A stretch of 64,000 nt of DNA from Scyliorhinus canicula (lineage: Eukaryota), in the NCBI RefSeq assembly GCF_902713615.1, contig NC_052165.1, positions 64,186,593 to 64,250,592 on the forward strand, in the 5' to 3' direction. A program made the position numbers and the translations under genes. Within the stretch, counting starts at the first letter, position 1. Each line of letters opens with the position of its first letter. Below the pieces are notes generated by a model, which searched no databases, was not told where the DNA came from, and saw only the letters and a list, made by a program, of their open reading frames with translations. Positions 1 to 11,086 of this stretch are shown in pieces.

Positions 1-1848
1 GTGGTAACAAACGGGAGGAGGTCAGAATATTTTGGGCTCCATCGAGGTACTAGGCAGGGATGTCCCCTATCCCCCTTACTCTTTGCATTAGCGATTGAGC
101 CGTTGGCGATGGCACTGAGGGGTTCAGGGGGGTGGAGAGGACTGACAAGGGGAGGGGAGGAACATCGGGTCTCGCTCTATGCGGATGATTTGTTGTTGTA
201 TGTGGCAGACCCGGAGGGGGGAATGCCGGAGGTAATGGGGATACTAGCGGAGTTCGGGGACTTTTCGGGGTATAAATTAAATCTGGGGAAAAGTGAGGTC
301 TTTGTAATACACCCGGGAGACCAAGGGGAGGGAATTGGGAGGCTCCCCTTCAAAAGAGCAGTTAAAAGTTTTAGGTATTTGGGGGTGCAGGTGGCAAAGA
401 ACTGGGGGACCCTCCACAAGTTGAACTTTTCCAGACTGGTGGAACAGATGGAGGAGTTTAAGAGGTGGGACATGGTGCCGCTGTCGCTGGCAGGGAGGGT
501 GCAGTCAGTTAAAATGACGGTCCTCCCGAGGTTCTTGTTTTTGTTCCAGTGTCTGCCCATCTTCCTCCCCAGGGCCTTTTTCAAGAAGGTAACGAGTAGT
601 ATCATGGGGTATGTGTGGGCACATGGCACCCCGAGAGTTAGAAGGGTCTTTTTGGAGCGGAGTAGGGATAGTGGAGGGCTGGCGTTACCCAACCTTTCAG
701 GATATTACTGGGCGGCAAATACATCGATGGTACGAAAGTGGATGATGGAAGGGGAGGGGGCAGCCTGGAAGCGCATGGAGAGGGCGTCCTGCGGCAACAT
801 AAGCTTAGGGGCACTGGTAATGGCACCATGGCCGCTCCCTCCCACGAGGTATACCACGAGCCCGGTGGTGGCGGCCACCCTCAAGATCTGGGGGCAGTGG
901 AGGCGACACAGGGGGGAAGTGGGAGGTCTGATAGGGGCACCACTAAGAGGGAACCACAGATTTGCGCCGGGAAACACAGGAGGGGGATTCCAGAGCTGGC
1001 AGAGGGCGGGTATTAGACAACTGAGGGACTTGTTTATAGAGGGGAGGTTTGCGAGCCTGGGAGAGCTGGAGGAGAAATTTGGGCTCCCCCCGGGGAACAC
1101 GTTCAGGTACCTCCAAGTGAAGGCATTTGCCAGACGACAGGTAGAGGGGTTCCCCGCGCTCCCCGACACGGGGGTGAGTGATAGGGTGCTATCAGGGGTC
1201 TGGGTCGGGGAGGGGAAGATCTCGGACATCTATAAGATTATGCAGGAGGTGGAGGAGGTACCAGTAGTGGAGCTGAAAGATAAGTGGGAGTTAGAGCTGG
1301 GGGAACAGATAGAGGACGGGACATGGGCAGACGCCCTGGAGAGGGTCAACTCGTCGTCGTCATGTGCGAGACTAAGTCTCATTCAATTTAAGGTACTGCA
1401 TAGAGCCCACATGACGGGGACAAGGATGAGTCGGTTTTTCGGGGGTGAAGACAGGTGTATTAGATGTTCGGGAAGCCCTGCGAATCATGCACATATGTTT
1501 TGGGCATGTCCGGCACTGGAGGAGTTCTGGAATGGGGTGGCAGGGACGGTGTCGAGAGTGGTGGGGTCCAGGGTCAAGCCAGGATGGGGACTTGCGATCT
1601 TCGGGGTTGGGGTGGAACCGGGGGTACAGGAGGCGAGGGAGGCTGGAATATTAGCCTTTGCGTCCTTGGTGGCTCGGAGGAGGATCTTGATTCAGTGGAG
1701 GGACGAAAGGCCTCCGAGTGTTAACACCTGGTTAAACGACATGGCAAACTTCATCCAATTGGAAAGGATCAAATTCGCCCTGAGAGGGTCGGTGCAGGGG
1801 TTTTTCAGGCGATGGCAACCCTTCCTAGACCTCTTGGATCAGAGATAG
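1..1848 (+). CDS. L1 ORF2p, partial (reverse transcriptase and C-terminal domain)
   Basis: Open 615-aa frame with YADDLLLY and C-terminal CIRCSGSPANHAHMFWAC; lacks one Glu codon relative to the other copy (EQMEEFK vs EQMEEEFK). Confidence 0.9.
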   Translation: MVTNGRRSEYFGLHRGTRQGCPLSPLLFALAIEPLAMALRGSGGWRGLTRGGEEHRVSLYADDLLLYVADPEGGMPEVMGILAEFGDFSGYKLNLGKSEVFVIHPGDQGEGIGRLPFKRAVKSFRYLGVQVAKNWGTLHKLNFSRLVEQMEEFKRWDMVPLSLAGRVQSVKMTVLPRFLFLFQCLPIFLPRAFFKKVTSSIMGYVWAHGTPRVRRVFLERSRDSGGLALPNLSGYYWAANTSMVRKWMMEGEGAAWKRMERASCGNISLGALVMAPWPLPPTRYTTSPVVAATLKIWGQWRRHRGEVGGLIGAPLRGNHRFAPGNTGGGFQSWQRAGIRQLRDLFIEGRFASLGELEEKFGLPPGNTFRYLQVKAFARRQVEGFPALPDTGVSDRVLSGVWVGEGKISDIYKIMQEVEEVPVVELKDKWELELGEQIEDGTWADALERVNSSSSCARLSLIQFKVLHRAHMTGTRMSRFFGGEDRCIRCSGSPANHAHMFWACPALEEFWNGVAGTVSRVVGSRVKPGWGLAIFGVGVEPGVQEAREAGILAFASLVARRRILIQWRDERPPSVNTWLNDMANFIQLERIKFALRGSVQGFFRRWQPFLDLLDQR

Positions 1849-2185
1849 AAACTGAGGCCGTGACAGGGGAGGGGAGGGCGGGAGGGAGGGGGGGGGAGGG
1901 GGGGGGGGGAGGGGGGACCAAGACGAAGGAAGTACGGTAGCGGTGGTGGCACGGGCAAGGCCTGCCCGAGGACGCTGCTAGAAATGATAAGTTGGTCTGA
2001 CTGGCGGTTCGCCGGCGGGGGTGGGGGGGGGGGACGCGCGAGATGGGGGGGGGGACTTTTTTCTTTTTTTTGTTAAGTAGGGGGGTTTGACTTTGTTTTG
2101 TTATAATTTAAATGTAAATGTAGGGGGGTTAAAATGTTTGTATTTTGAAAAATTTCTTCAATAAAAATTATTTAAAAAAAAAAAA
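1..2185 (+). mobile_element. L1-clade LINE, 3' part (RT C-terminus, CCHC, G-rich 3'UTR, AATAAA, A-tail); 5' end lies outside the window
   Basis: ORF 1..1848 has RQGCPLSP, YADD and CxxC..H..H..C motifs. It is near-identical (8 aa differences) to the copy at 10744-16731 in the opposite orientation. AATAAA at ~2160 is followed by an A-run. Confidence 0.95.
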
Positions 2186-2189
2186 TTTA

Positions 2190-3960
2190 TTAACAGAAAA
2201 AGGGTGAATGCATGGATTTGTCCATCAATGGTCTATACAGGCTAGCTGAAAATTGTAACTACAGAATACTGCGAGATTCATTATATTGCAATCGACGAAG
2301 CTGTATCAGATCTCTTGCAAACAGGAGAGAGTTTAACTCTCACTAAGAGAGTACAAATTGTGGACAGACTGAGCTCAGAAAACTAAATAGAGCAGTTATT
2401 CTTGTGGAAAGTGATGGCCCATGGAAACATTTAAAATTTTGAACAGAAGAGGGAAAGAGCATGTGTGGGATTCTCCGCCGGCGTAATTTTCCGTTTTGCC
2501 GGCGCCCGGGGGTTTCCGCACACTGGGAAACCCCATTGACCGGCCGGCGTAACGGAGAATCCGCCAGCGGGCCGAGGCTGAAAAGTGGCGTGGCGGAGAA
2601 TCCAGCCTACATAAGAGGGAAAGTACTAAGACAAAAGCCTGTGAAAATTGGGGAAAAGAACGCCAACCACCATATTGAAATGCTCTCGGTATAGAGGAAA
2701 ATATCTGCGCAAGCAGGAAGAATGCCCTACTGGGGAGCAGAATGTCACAACTGACGAAAGTTAGAACATTTTTAAATTGTCTGACGATCTAAAACAGGCA
2801 TCCTGCAAAAAGAAAAAAAAACATAACAAGGCCAAACCAGATTGAAGAAGAAGTGGAAGAGCCATAGAAAAGGCAAATAACGCACCTAGGAAGCGAATGC
2901 AACAAAAAATAATTACTGCCGCATTAAACTAGAAATGGATGGACACCCCACAGATTTTCAAAATTATTCAAAGGGGCTGGTGTTTCCGTCTTAGCTGACA
3001 AAGTAAAATAGCTCAAGCACATTCATCCATCCAGCTACAAGATTCTGGCAGGACTGAAAGTCATAGGTCAACACTTGGCTGTTGTATTCGGTGTTTGATG
3101 TCCAGCAAGGAATCTGCAAAACGACTTGACTCGTCCAGACCAGGATCTTTACTGAATAACACGTGGTAAGATAATGATCTGTTGCAGAGCAAATTATCTT
3201 AGAACTCCTCTGGGTTTACCCTCGCACAACTGTCCACTTGTCTGTTTTATAACCCACTGTGGCTAGTCACATGAACACTGTCTTGAGATTGCATGGTGTG
3301 TCTTTACCTATGATATTACTTACAGACATATCACCACATTGGTAAGAGTAAAATGCAGGATGGAGAAATCAATGAAACTCTGTATGTTATACAGAACCAA
3401 AAATGATCATTATTGAGCTAGAAAACATGCTTATAATTGAAGCTGCATTACAAAGAAGTTTAAGTTGCTGATCAGCAGTACAGTGATACTCTTAGGAATG
3501 CATTTTCAGCATTATTTACAGGTTGAGGAAAGCTGAAGACCAAATATCATGTAACCTGAAGAGCTGATGCAAAACTAATTTACCGATTCACACCAAGAAA
3601 AGTCCCTCACCCATTCCTGGACAAAGTCAAAAGTGAAATTGAGCACGTTACATCAGGAGGTTTCCTCTCCAATAACCATGCAGACAAAGTGATGTTCTGG
3701 AATGGGCAGAGTCCCAAAGCCTGTTGATTTCGCTCAATTAAACAAATCAGTGGAATGCGAGATCCACCCGATGGCATCAGTGGATGAGTGTCTTGCCAAA
3801 TTAGCTAAAAATACCCTATTCACCAAATCAGATGTAAAAAGCAGCTTTTTGAATTTGCCTCTGGAAAAAGAATGCAAACTATGGACCACTTTCAATATGC
3901 CATTTGATCATTATTGCTTTCATAGATTACCAGCCAGAATTGCAGTGTACCAGAGATATT
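2190..3960 (+). mobile_element. Decayed Ty3/Gypsy internal region (gag-pro-RT remnants)
   Basis: ORF 3702..3998 VDFAQLNKSVECEIHPMASVDECLAKLAKNTLFTKSDVKSSFLNLPL...TTFNMPFDHYCFHRLP resembles the Gypsy RT N-terminus; frameshifted and stop-ridden upstream. Confidence 0.7.
2466..2607. mobile_element. Short GC-rich MITE with terminal inverted repeats (Harbinger-like)
   Basis: Begins GGGATTCTCCGCC and ends GGCGGAGAATCC; the same TIR style recurs at ~8515-8700 and 34567-35292. Confidence 0.55.
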
Positions 3961-4079
3961 GCACAGCACAATGTCCGACAAAACACGCTGAACAGTAGAC
4001 CGAACTTTGCAGAACCTCGGGCCCAACCGGATCGCGAAAATGCCCCCCACCCTCCCCCCCCAAAATCGCAACCAGCATT

Positions 4080-4190
4080 CAGGATCCGGCCAGACGCAAC
4101 CTTCCTTGTTCATCGTGGCCGGGAACTTCAAGGCCAACCTCAAGAGTCTACTGCCAAAATTCCACCAATGCATCTCCTGTCCCACCAGGT
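4080..4190 (+). mobile_element. LINE endonuclease-region fragment (Rex/Babar-like)
   Basis: Translation FIVAGNFKANLKSLLPKFHQCISCPTR resembles the AGDFN..ANLK.VLP.F.QH..CPTR motif. Confidence 0.5.
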
Positions 4191-4195
4191 CCCCC

Positions 4196-4360
4196 AGCAT
4201 CCCGGCTCTAGGGTAACTGTCCGTGTGGAGTTTGCACGTTCTCCCCGTGTTTGCGTGGGTTTAGTCCCCATAATCCAAAGATGTGCAGGCTAGGTGGATT
4301 GGCCGCGCAAAATTGCCCCTTAATTGGAAAAAATGAATTGGATATTCTAACTTTTAAAAA
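4196..4360 (+). mobile_element. HE1-type SINE, 5'-truncated, A-rich tail
   Basis: Shares GGGTAACTGTCCGTGTGGAGTTTGCAC...AAATTGCCCCTTAATTGGAAAAA with the full copies. Confidence 0.75.
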
Positions 4361-4596
4361 AGCTCAAGAACTGATCATATGACTATAATGTACAAGGTTA
4401 AAAAAACAAAAAAAAGTCAAGAATTTTAAAAAATGGCCAAGAATTTAAAAAAAGATCCATTTTGTTCATCTAGTTTCTCCAGAATCCAAATTCTCCATTT
4501 ATGAAACTAATTGCTGTTAAGCTTTGCATTCTTGTACAAATCTGAATAGATTTGTCAAGTCTACAATATCCACAAGGATGCCTCCTTTTGCATTAC

Positions 4597-4764
4597 CTTT
4601 TTGAAATTTGACAGTTATCACATCAGATGTGGCACATTCCTGCTGTGGTCTAATTAGTTTGATTGGGTATTTTTCAGGTTCAGCGGATGCCAGTTCTAGC
4701 TGAATAGAGCCATGTGGTCTGACTCCTAAATCTACAAGTGTTTCAGAATCCTTAGCCGTTCTGC
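4597..4764 (-). CDS. IQUB: IQUB coding exon 9 (second half of the ubiquitin-like domain); gene continues left of the window
   Basis: tag|GC...AAAG|gtaat, 168 nt, phase 1-1. GRTAKDSETLVDLGVRPHGSIQLELASAEPEKYPIKLIRPQQECATSDVITVKFQKG matches the remembered IQUB segment (..NETLVQHGVKP..IQVEIFS..PDLYP...IITVTVQTG); synteny with NDUFA5/ASB15 agrees. Confidence 0.9.
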
Positions 4765-5053
4765 CTAAAACATAAGAGAAGAATGTTAATTCATCAACAC
4801 TCAAATTTTCATGAGATGCTTCGGAATACGTATCAGGCTGAGGTACAAAACTTTAGTCATTAATTCAAAATGATAATAGGCACAAGATTCCTAATATAAA
4901 TGAAAAATTACAAATGCAATTCTTCTCAACATTTTGAAAAATATACTGGTTTAACCACAACTTGTATTGATATAGCACCATTAACATAATCAAACATTTG
5001 GGGGGGGGGGGGCATTATCAAACATTCCAAAGCACTTCACAGGAGCATTGAAA

Positions 5054-5264
5054 CTTGTAACTGCTTTAGGATGGGATCATCATGCTCCTGTATCATGTCA
5101 CTGAGCAAATGCACATTCCTGAAGACTGTTAACCATAACTCTGGAATTCCTATAGGCTCCTCCATCTCTTCATTTGGTTTATCTTCCTCCAGCTTGACTT
5201 TTACTTTTACCTCATCAGATAACTGTGCCACTTCATCTCATTGCCATTTGCAATCATCCTCTGT
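5054..5264 (-). pseudogene. NAP1L1: Intronless NAP1L1-like (nucleosome assembly protein) mRNA fragment
   Basis: TEDDCKWQ*DEVAQLSDEVKVKVKLEEDKPNEEMEEPIGIPELWLTVFRNVHLLSDMIQEHDDPILKQLQ vs remembered NAP1L1 PTEEECEWKPDEEDEISEELKEKAKIEDEKKDEEKEDPKGIPEFWLTVFKNVDLLSDMVQEHDEPILKHL; one in-frame TGA. Confidence 0.85.
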
Positions 5265-6910
5265 CGTAGTGCTGTCTGGAATGTACAGCCACTCAACTAG
5301 CTCCAGTGCCTCACACGCTTCCGTGGAAAATGTGATAACGTTACTTCTGTTCTGTACCCATGCTTCAAGCTCACAGGTTCCTAACAAAGCAATTTCTTTC
5401 CCATTGTAGTCTCTCAGCAGTCTTGTTTGATTGACGACTGTCGGTTTGACTCAGCCTATTCAAATGATAAGGTTGGCTCCCGGGTTGAGCTTGCATTTAA
5501 TTAAAGTGCCATCAATCATCAATGGAATCGTCCATCTGTCTTCCATGGACTCAGAATCACTATCACTACTGCTACAACCGATAAGACTTCTTTGCTTTGC
5601 ATATTCGGACTCATCGTGTCCTCAGTTGAATTCAGATCAACGAAAAACAGGTCTTCAATGCACAGCTGATCAATCACGTTGACTGATCCTATTTGGTCCA
5701 CTGATGGACGTGAAAAACATTGCCTCGCAAAGTGATTTGTTCAGCCACACTTGGAACACACCTTGCCAAATCCTGGACACTGTCATGGCAAATGTAGATT
5801 GCCAATTTGCTGGCATAAAATGGCGGACCCAGTTGGCAGCTTAAAATGGCCGCCCACATTGGGACCACATTTCTTATTCATCTGAGTCACAATGCTTATT
5901 GCATTGGCATCTTCATCCACATTGGAGCCAAAATGTTTCAGATTGAGTGTACTAATCTTCTGTGCAGCTAGCTCACAGACATGAAAAATCTTGATTGCGT
6001 TTTCTAAGTGAAGCTCAACTTCCTTTAATAGCCTCTTATGTACCTTGTCATTTTATAACCCAAACACTATCTGATCGCGGATCATCGACAACTTTAAAGT
6101 ATTAAAATTGCATGACTGTGCCTTCAAAACTATCAAAAGATTTGTCTGCCTTCTGAGTACGTGTGTGAAAGATATAACATTCAAAAGTTTCATTTTTCTT
6201 CGGTGAGCAATGTCGATCAAAGTATTTTATTACTTCATCGAAGCTCTTGCTGTCCACTTCGCTGTCGAACGCAAAGGTATTATAAATTTTGATGGCTTGA
6301 GGATCTGCTACTCTGAACAGCAAAGCAATACACCTCTCATCAGGCTGTGCCTGCAGGCCAAGGGCTGCAACATAGAGCTAGAATGGCTGCTTAAAAGTAC
6401 GCTAATTCTCATCAACATTATCAGTGACTTGAAGCTGGTGAGATGCCTTCAGACCTTCAATCTCGAACTTCACAGTCTTTCCGTGTGTTAGGTTCCAGTT
6501 GCCCCGTAGTTTACCAGGTAGGTGGAAGAATTTTTTCTTTCTTCAGTCTGTTTCATCCCATCTTCTCCGTAGTTATCTTCAGTTGTTCTACACGCTTGCT
6601 ACCATGTTATGTTCTGTGTTGTGGCCATGGTAAAGATGCACACAGAACATCTAGTTCTTTGACTAGTAAGATAGTTTATTAACAAAATTAACACATGGAA
6701 AGATAACTAACAAACTAACATAACTAACATATTACATACAGTAACGAATAAGTGAATTCTCCTGGAACTACTTCTAATGCGACTGTCCTCTAGTATGACT
6801 TACTACCAACTCCCGATCTGTGCAGTCACATGATGGATCACCTTCCCCACCTGATGGTCGGAAGTCGTACAGCCAACATTTAAATTGCTACGCATATGCA
6901 TATCACCACA
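5265..6910 (-). mobile_element. Gypsy LTR retrotransposon, 5' part: LTR 6605-6910, PBS, decayed gag and protease
   Basis: LTR reads TGTGGT...ATAACA on the minus strand and is followed directly by PBS TGGTAGCAAGCGTG (initiator-Met tRNA-like). Gag remnant AIKIYNTFAF...FDRHCSPKKNETFECYIFHTRTQKADKSFDSF; protease-region LRDYNGKEIALLGTCEL...ACEALELV. Confidence 0.8.
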
Positions 6911-7305
6911 GGTGCAGAAAGAGTTTGGTTATTGAACTGATAAAAGGCATTGAGAAAATGAAAGATGAACCTGTAGGTAAATAATGAGACAGCATGCAAT
7001 CATAGAAATAACTAAATGGAAGGTTAAGAAAATCAGATTCTTGGATTGTGAAATCTTCTGTCACAAACTGTTGTTCCAGCAGAGTCCATGAGTACTTTTC
7101 AAAAAGGAAGTTGTTTGACATAGTATAGTAGTGGTGGACTTAGAGGTGGTTCATGCCAATAAAACATTGGCACAAAACTGATGGGGCAAAATGACTAATT
7201 GCTATGCTGGAACATTCCATGACCTATAATGATACAGTTAATAGCAATTCGGTAAACGCACATATCGTTTCTTTCGCACAATTTCTTTAATTGCTTCAGG
7301 CTTAC

Positions 7306-7440
7306 CGTCACATGTTATTTGCAGTACACGTGCTGGTACTTTCAATTCTTTTCCAAATTGTTCCTTTAGCTTCCCTGCTGTGAGGCAGATGGGAAGTGCC
7401 ACAGTCATGACATCACCAGTAGGTAGCAGGGCAACTTTAA
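7306..7440 (-). CDS. IQUB: IQUB coding exon 8 (start of the ubiquitin-like domain)
   Basis: tag|TT...GACG|gtaag, 135 nt, phase 1-1; VKVALLPTGDVMTVALPICLTAGKLKEQFGKELKVPARVLQITCDG resembles IQUB VKV.L.P.G....LKDHFS.LL.IP.SVLQIRYSG. Confidence 0.9.
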
Positions 7441-7543
7441 CTAAAGTACAAAACACAAAACATTAGTTTGAACACCTAAAAAAAGATAGCAGTGTTTTAT
7501 TGAATTACAATTTGAGTAATTTACTTTCAGTCGTTAATTATAG

Positions 7544-7719
7544 TAATAATAATAATCACTTATTGTCACGAGTAGGCTTCAATGAAGTTACTATGAAAAG
7601 CCCCTAGTCGCCACATTCCGACGCCTGTTCGGAGAGGCTGGTACGGGAATTGAACCCGTGTTCTGGCATTGTTCTGTATTACAAGCCAGCGATTTAGCCC
7701 ACTATTCTAAACCAGCCCC
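7544..7719 (-). mobile_element. Short tRNA-derived SINE, second family (tail ...GTGGCGACTAGGGGCTTTTCA...AAGCCTAC, then short tandem tail)
   Basis: Related copies at ~21807-21950 (+) and ~38280-38455 (-). Confidence 0.7.
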
Positions 7720-7721
7720 TT

Positions 7722-8435
7722 TGGCGCGATTTAATGGAAAATAAACAGAGTCCTGTTGTGGACGCCTTTAGTGGGGTGCTTCCCAGCGCTTGCAGCACTG
7801 AGATTGACCTCGCTATTAAATGAGACTGCTTCTTTTTTGGGCCCCGCCGAGAAACGCCCCACTGAGGCCGCCCTTAATTCCTGCACTAACGCCAGTGCAG
7901 AAAGAGATCAGGGTGGCCATTTAAAAATGGATCCTCCGTGCGGCCTCGGGGCCCACCCAATGCCCCAACGTACTAAGTAGGGGGTCCCTGAGCTCCTCAC
8001 ACCCCGGCTCATAAGGACAGAGCTCCGCAAGCCCTGATCCCTGGCATGGGCAAGACACCACATGAGCGCCTTGGCACTGGAAGAGGCACTGCCAGAGTGC
8101 TCAGATAGCACTGCCGGGGTGATAGGCTGGCAGTGCCATGGTGCCCAAGTGGCATCGGGAGTGCCAGGATATCACCCTGCCGAGAGCACAACCACCCGGC
8201 CGGGTTCTCCAAGGCGAGGCCGTTAGCTCCCGCGCCTTGGGTAACTCCGGCAGAGACATATTCAAGTGAGGCTAACTACTCATTGTGGGCATGATCCAGA
8301 TCGTGATGCCTCACAAGGTCGTTAGATCTCGCAAGGCATAATGAGCATCGTAAATCTCGGGAGAGGCCTCGCAAAAGATTTAACAACCTCTTCGTATCCC
8401 GAGTCAGGTGCGATTAGGCCAGTAAATCACACCCA
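7722..8435. mobile_element. GC-rich non-autonomous DNA transposon (Harbinger-like TIRs)
   Basis: Termini GGCGCGATTTA ... TAAATCACACCC; the same terminal type as 31441-33123. Confidence 0.5.
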
Positions 8436-8893
8436 TTAGAAGCAGTTGATGGTTAATAAAACTAGTATACCAACTCTCCCTCCAAAGATTTGCATATTTA
8501 AGTAAAAGTGCTTTGTGGGGGGGAATTTTCCATGTTCCCGCAGCATGTTTCTCCATGGCAGGAGGGGATCTTCTGGTCCCACCACTGTCAATTAGATTTC
8601 CCATTGAATCCGCCCCCCGCTACCGGGAAACCTGCGGTGGGGTTCGCCATTGGCAGAGCCAAAAGATACCGCTGGTGAGAACAGCCAGAAAATCCCCCTG
8701 GAAGGGCTCATTTGTAGAATCGAAAATCCTTCTCTCTCTATACGATTTTGATCATTGCTTAAACAGCTTTCTGATATACAGAAATGAATCCTTAGCAGTT
8801 TTACGCAAATTTTAAATGTTGACAAATTTTTCAACCATTATATACCATCCAGTCCAGCAGCCAAACATAATACTGGTTAAAAAAGTGAAGTAC

Positions 8894-9405
8894 TTCTTTT
8901 AAATGCTTTTATTGGAGTTTTTTGTTTATGACAAGTCGAATCATCATACCATTCACTTGTAGAGTTGCATTAAAAATAACTGAGTTTATAAATAATTTGC
9001 ACCCTTGTACTATACATGTGGTTGAAATTTACATTAGCGTTATCAGATAAAAACATAGTGAAAGAAAAGAAATACAACAAAAGAGATAAGTGGGCTATTT
9101 ACATTGCCGTGACCAGCATTGTTTGGATATGGTCAGAGCTGCCCTTTTCCTGAGGCGGTGGACACTTAACGAGTTCCACACCCAAGGATGGAGCGAGGCC
9201 GGGGATGCACTCAGGCATGGCGGTTACGCCCTTTGTACTGCAGCATTGTTCTGCTGCCGCGCATGGGCCCTCATGTCCCTCGGTGCAGAGTGCAGCTTTT
9301 TCCTTCTCCTCGCTGTGGTGTGGGTGTTCCTTCCCCCCTATCCTTCCCCCCCCCATCCCGCCCTCCACTCCGGCCCCCTATTTTCCCTCTCACATTGTTT
9401 CTCCC
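8894..9405 (-). mobile_element. ~510-bp retroposed insert (G-rich start, T-rich 3' region, AATAAA) with a diverged 17-bp TSD
   Basis: Flanking direct repeats TTAAAAAAGTGAAGTAC (8877-8893) and TTAAAATAGTGAAATAC (9406-9422), 15/17 identical; minus-strand AATAAA at 8908-8913. Confidence 0.6.
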
Positions 9406-9520
9406 TTAAAATAGTGAAATACAATTATAACTCTTACTGTAAGATCAGTTGATTATGTAAAACACATACACTGGATCACACAAATATTTTTCTGATATTT
9501 CACCGTTTGGCAGTCATTAC

Positions 9521-9655
9521 CTGTGGCTGTACTACTTGCAATATCTGGTGATGGGCTCTTTGGTGGTGCAGGATATGACTGCAGAACTGATCTCTTTTTT
9601 AAGTCTCTTTCAGCAGCAGATGGTGCAGTTTGATAAACCAAGCAAGCAGAAGTTC
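9521..9655 (-). CDS. IQUB: IQUB coding exon 7
   Basis: tag|GA...ACAG|gtaat, 135 nt, phase 1-1, open; GTSACLVYQTAPSAAERDLKKRSVLQSYPAPPKSPSPDIASSTAT joins the next exon to give the conserved S.ATVKV entry into the Ub-like domain. Confidence 0.8.
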
Positions 9656-11086
9656 CTAAACAGCAGTAGGGAGAAAGTTTTAAAATAATGTAGTATTTAA
9701 AAGACATGAAGAAACACACAGTTGGTGCAACACAGCAAGATGGGCTCCTTTGATTTATATCCTATATGTTTCTACGTTCTGGAGACTGGTGGAAATGCAT
9801 TGTTTACAATGATCAATTCATACATGAATCCTTTCAAATCTTAATTGACTGAAGTGAGTACAAGACCAAACTCCATTGTATTTGTAACTTTCTTTTTAAT
9901 TTTCTCCTCTCCTGTTTTTGTGAAATATTTTTATTAGCTGTAGTTGACTCCTTGCTGGGTTCTAGGCATACTAGTCACCAGACTCAGGTTTTGGCACATG
10001 AGTCTTGATTAAAACTTTCAGTGTGCTATTTGACCATGGGAGAGAACATGGCTGTGCCTTATACTAACCTCACCAGATTTTCACATTATGATCATTGGAA
10101 GCCCCAACAGAAGTAGGCAGCCTGGTTGAATTTCCCTATTCTTAACTCAGGGTTCTAAGGACAATTGTAGTTCTTGCACCATTGGCCTGCCTGAGATAAT
10201 TAAATCAGAGAAGTTCTGGGGCGCAAGCCTGGCACCTCTGGTTTGCAAAGACCAGCTGCTCATTAGACCAGTAAAGGTGGCACATTTATTTTGCACTCTT
10301 AACGTTAAAAACAATCAAAATTTCACTTGATTAGGAGCAACTACCAAAAACATGTTGAGGTTTAATAGCTACTTCATAGTTTGTGCTGAAGTGGACACAC
10401 ACAAATCGTTACCAGATGCCAAAGTGGCCAGTTCTGATACATTATTCAACCTCTGCCCCCGCTTGCACTGTACATTAAACCTGGCTGCAAGTTTCCCAAT
10501 AAAAACAGAACAAGCTTTCAAAAATCAGGTGTTTTGACAAACCATCTCACATATACTTATCTACTAATGGCTGATTCTAAAGTGTGGGTGGTCTGAGTGT
10601 ACATTGGTGAATGTAATGTAATGGGCCGAAGTTACATCATCTACACAAATTTCATGCACTAATGCTTTTAAACAGCCATATCCTGTGATTCAAAAGGGAC
10701 TGATTAAAAGTTCCCTCCGAGGGCTAGAGCCTTGATGATTTCTTTTTTTTTTAAATAATTTTTATTGAATTTTTCAAAATACAAACATTTTAACCCCCCC
10801 TACATTTACATTTAAATTATAACAAAACAAAGTCAAACCCCCCTACTTAACAAGGAAAAGAAAAAGAATCCCCCCCCCCCCCCCTACCCGCGCATCCCCC
10901 CCCCGCCGGCGAACCGACAGTCAGACCAACTTATCATTTCTAGCAGCGTCCTCGGGCAGGCCTTGCCCGTGCCACCGCCGCTACCGTACTTCCTTCGTCG
11001 TTTTCCCCCCCTCCCCCCCCCCCCCCCCCTCCCCCCCTCCCGCCCTCCCCTCCCCTCCCGGGTTGCTGCTGTCATGGCCTCAGTTT

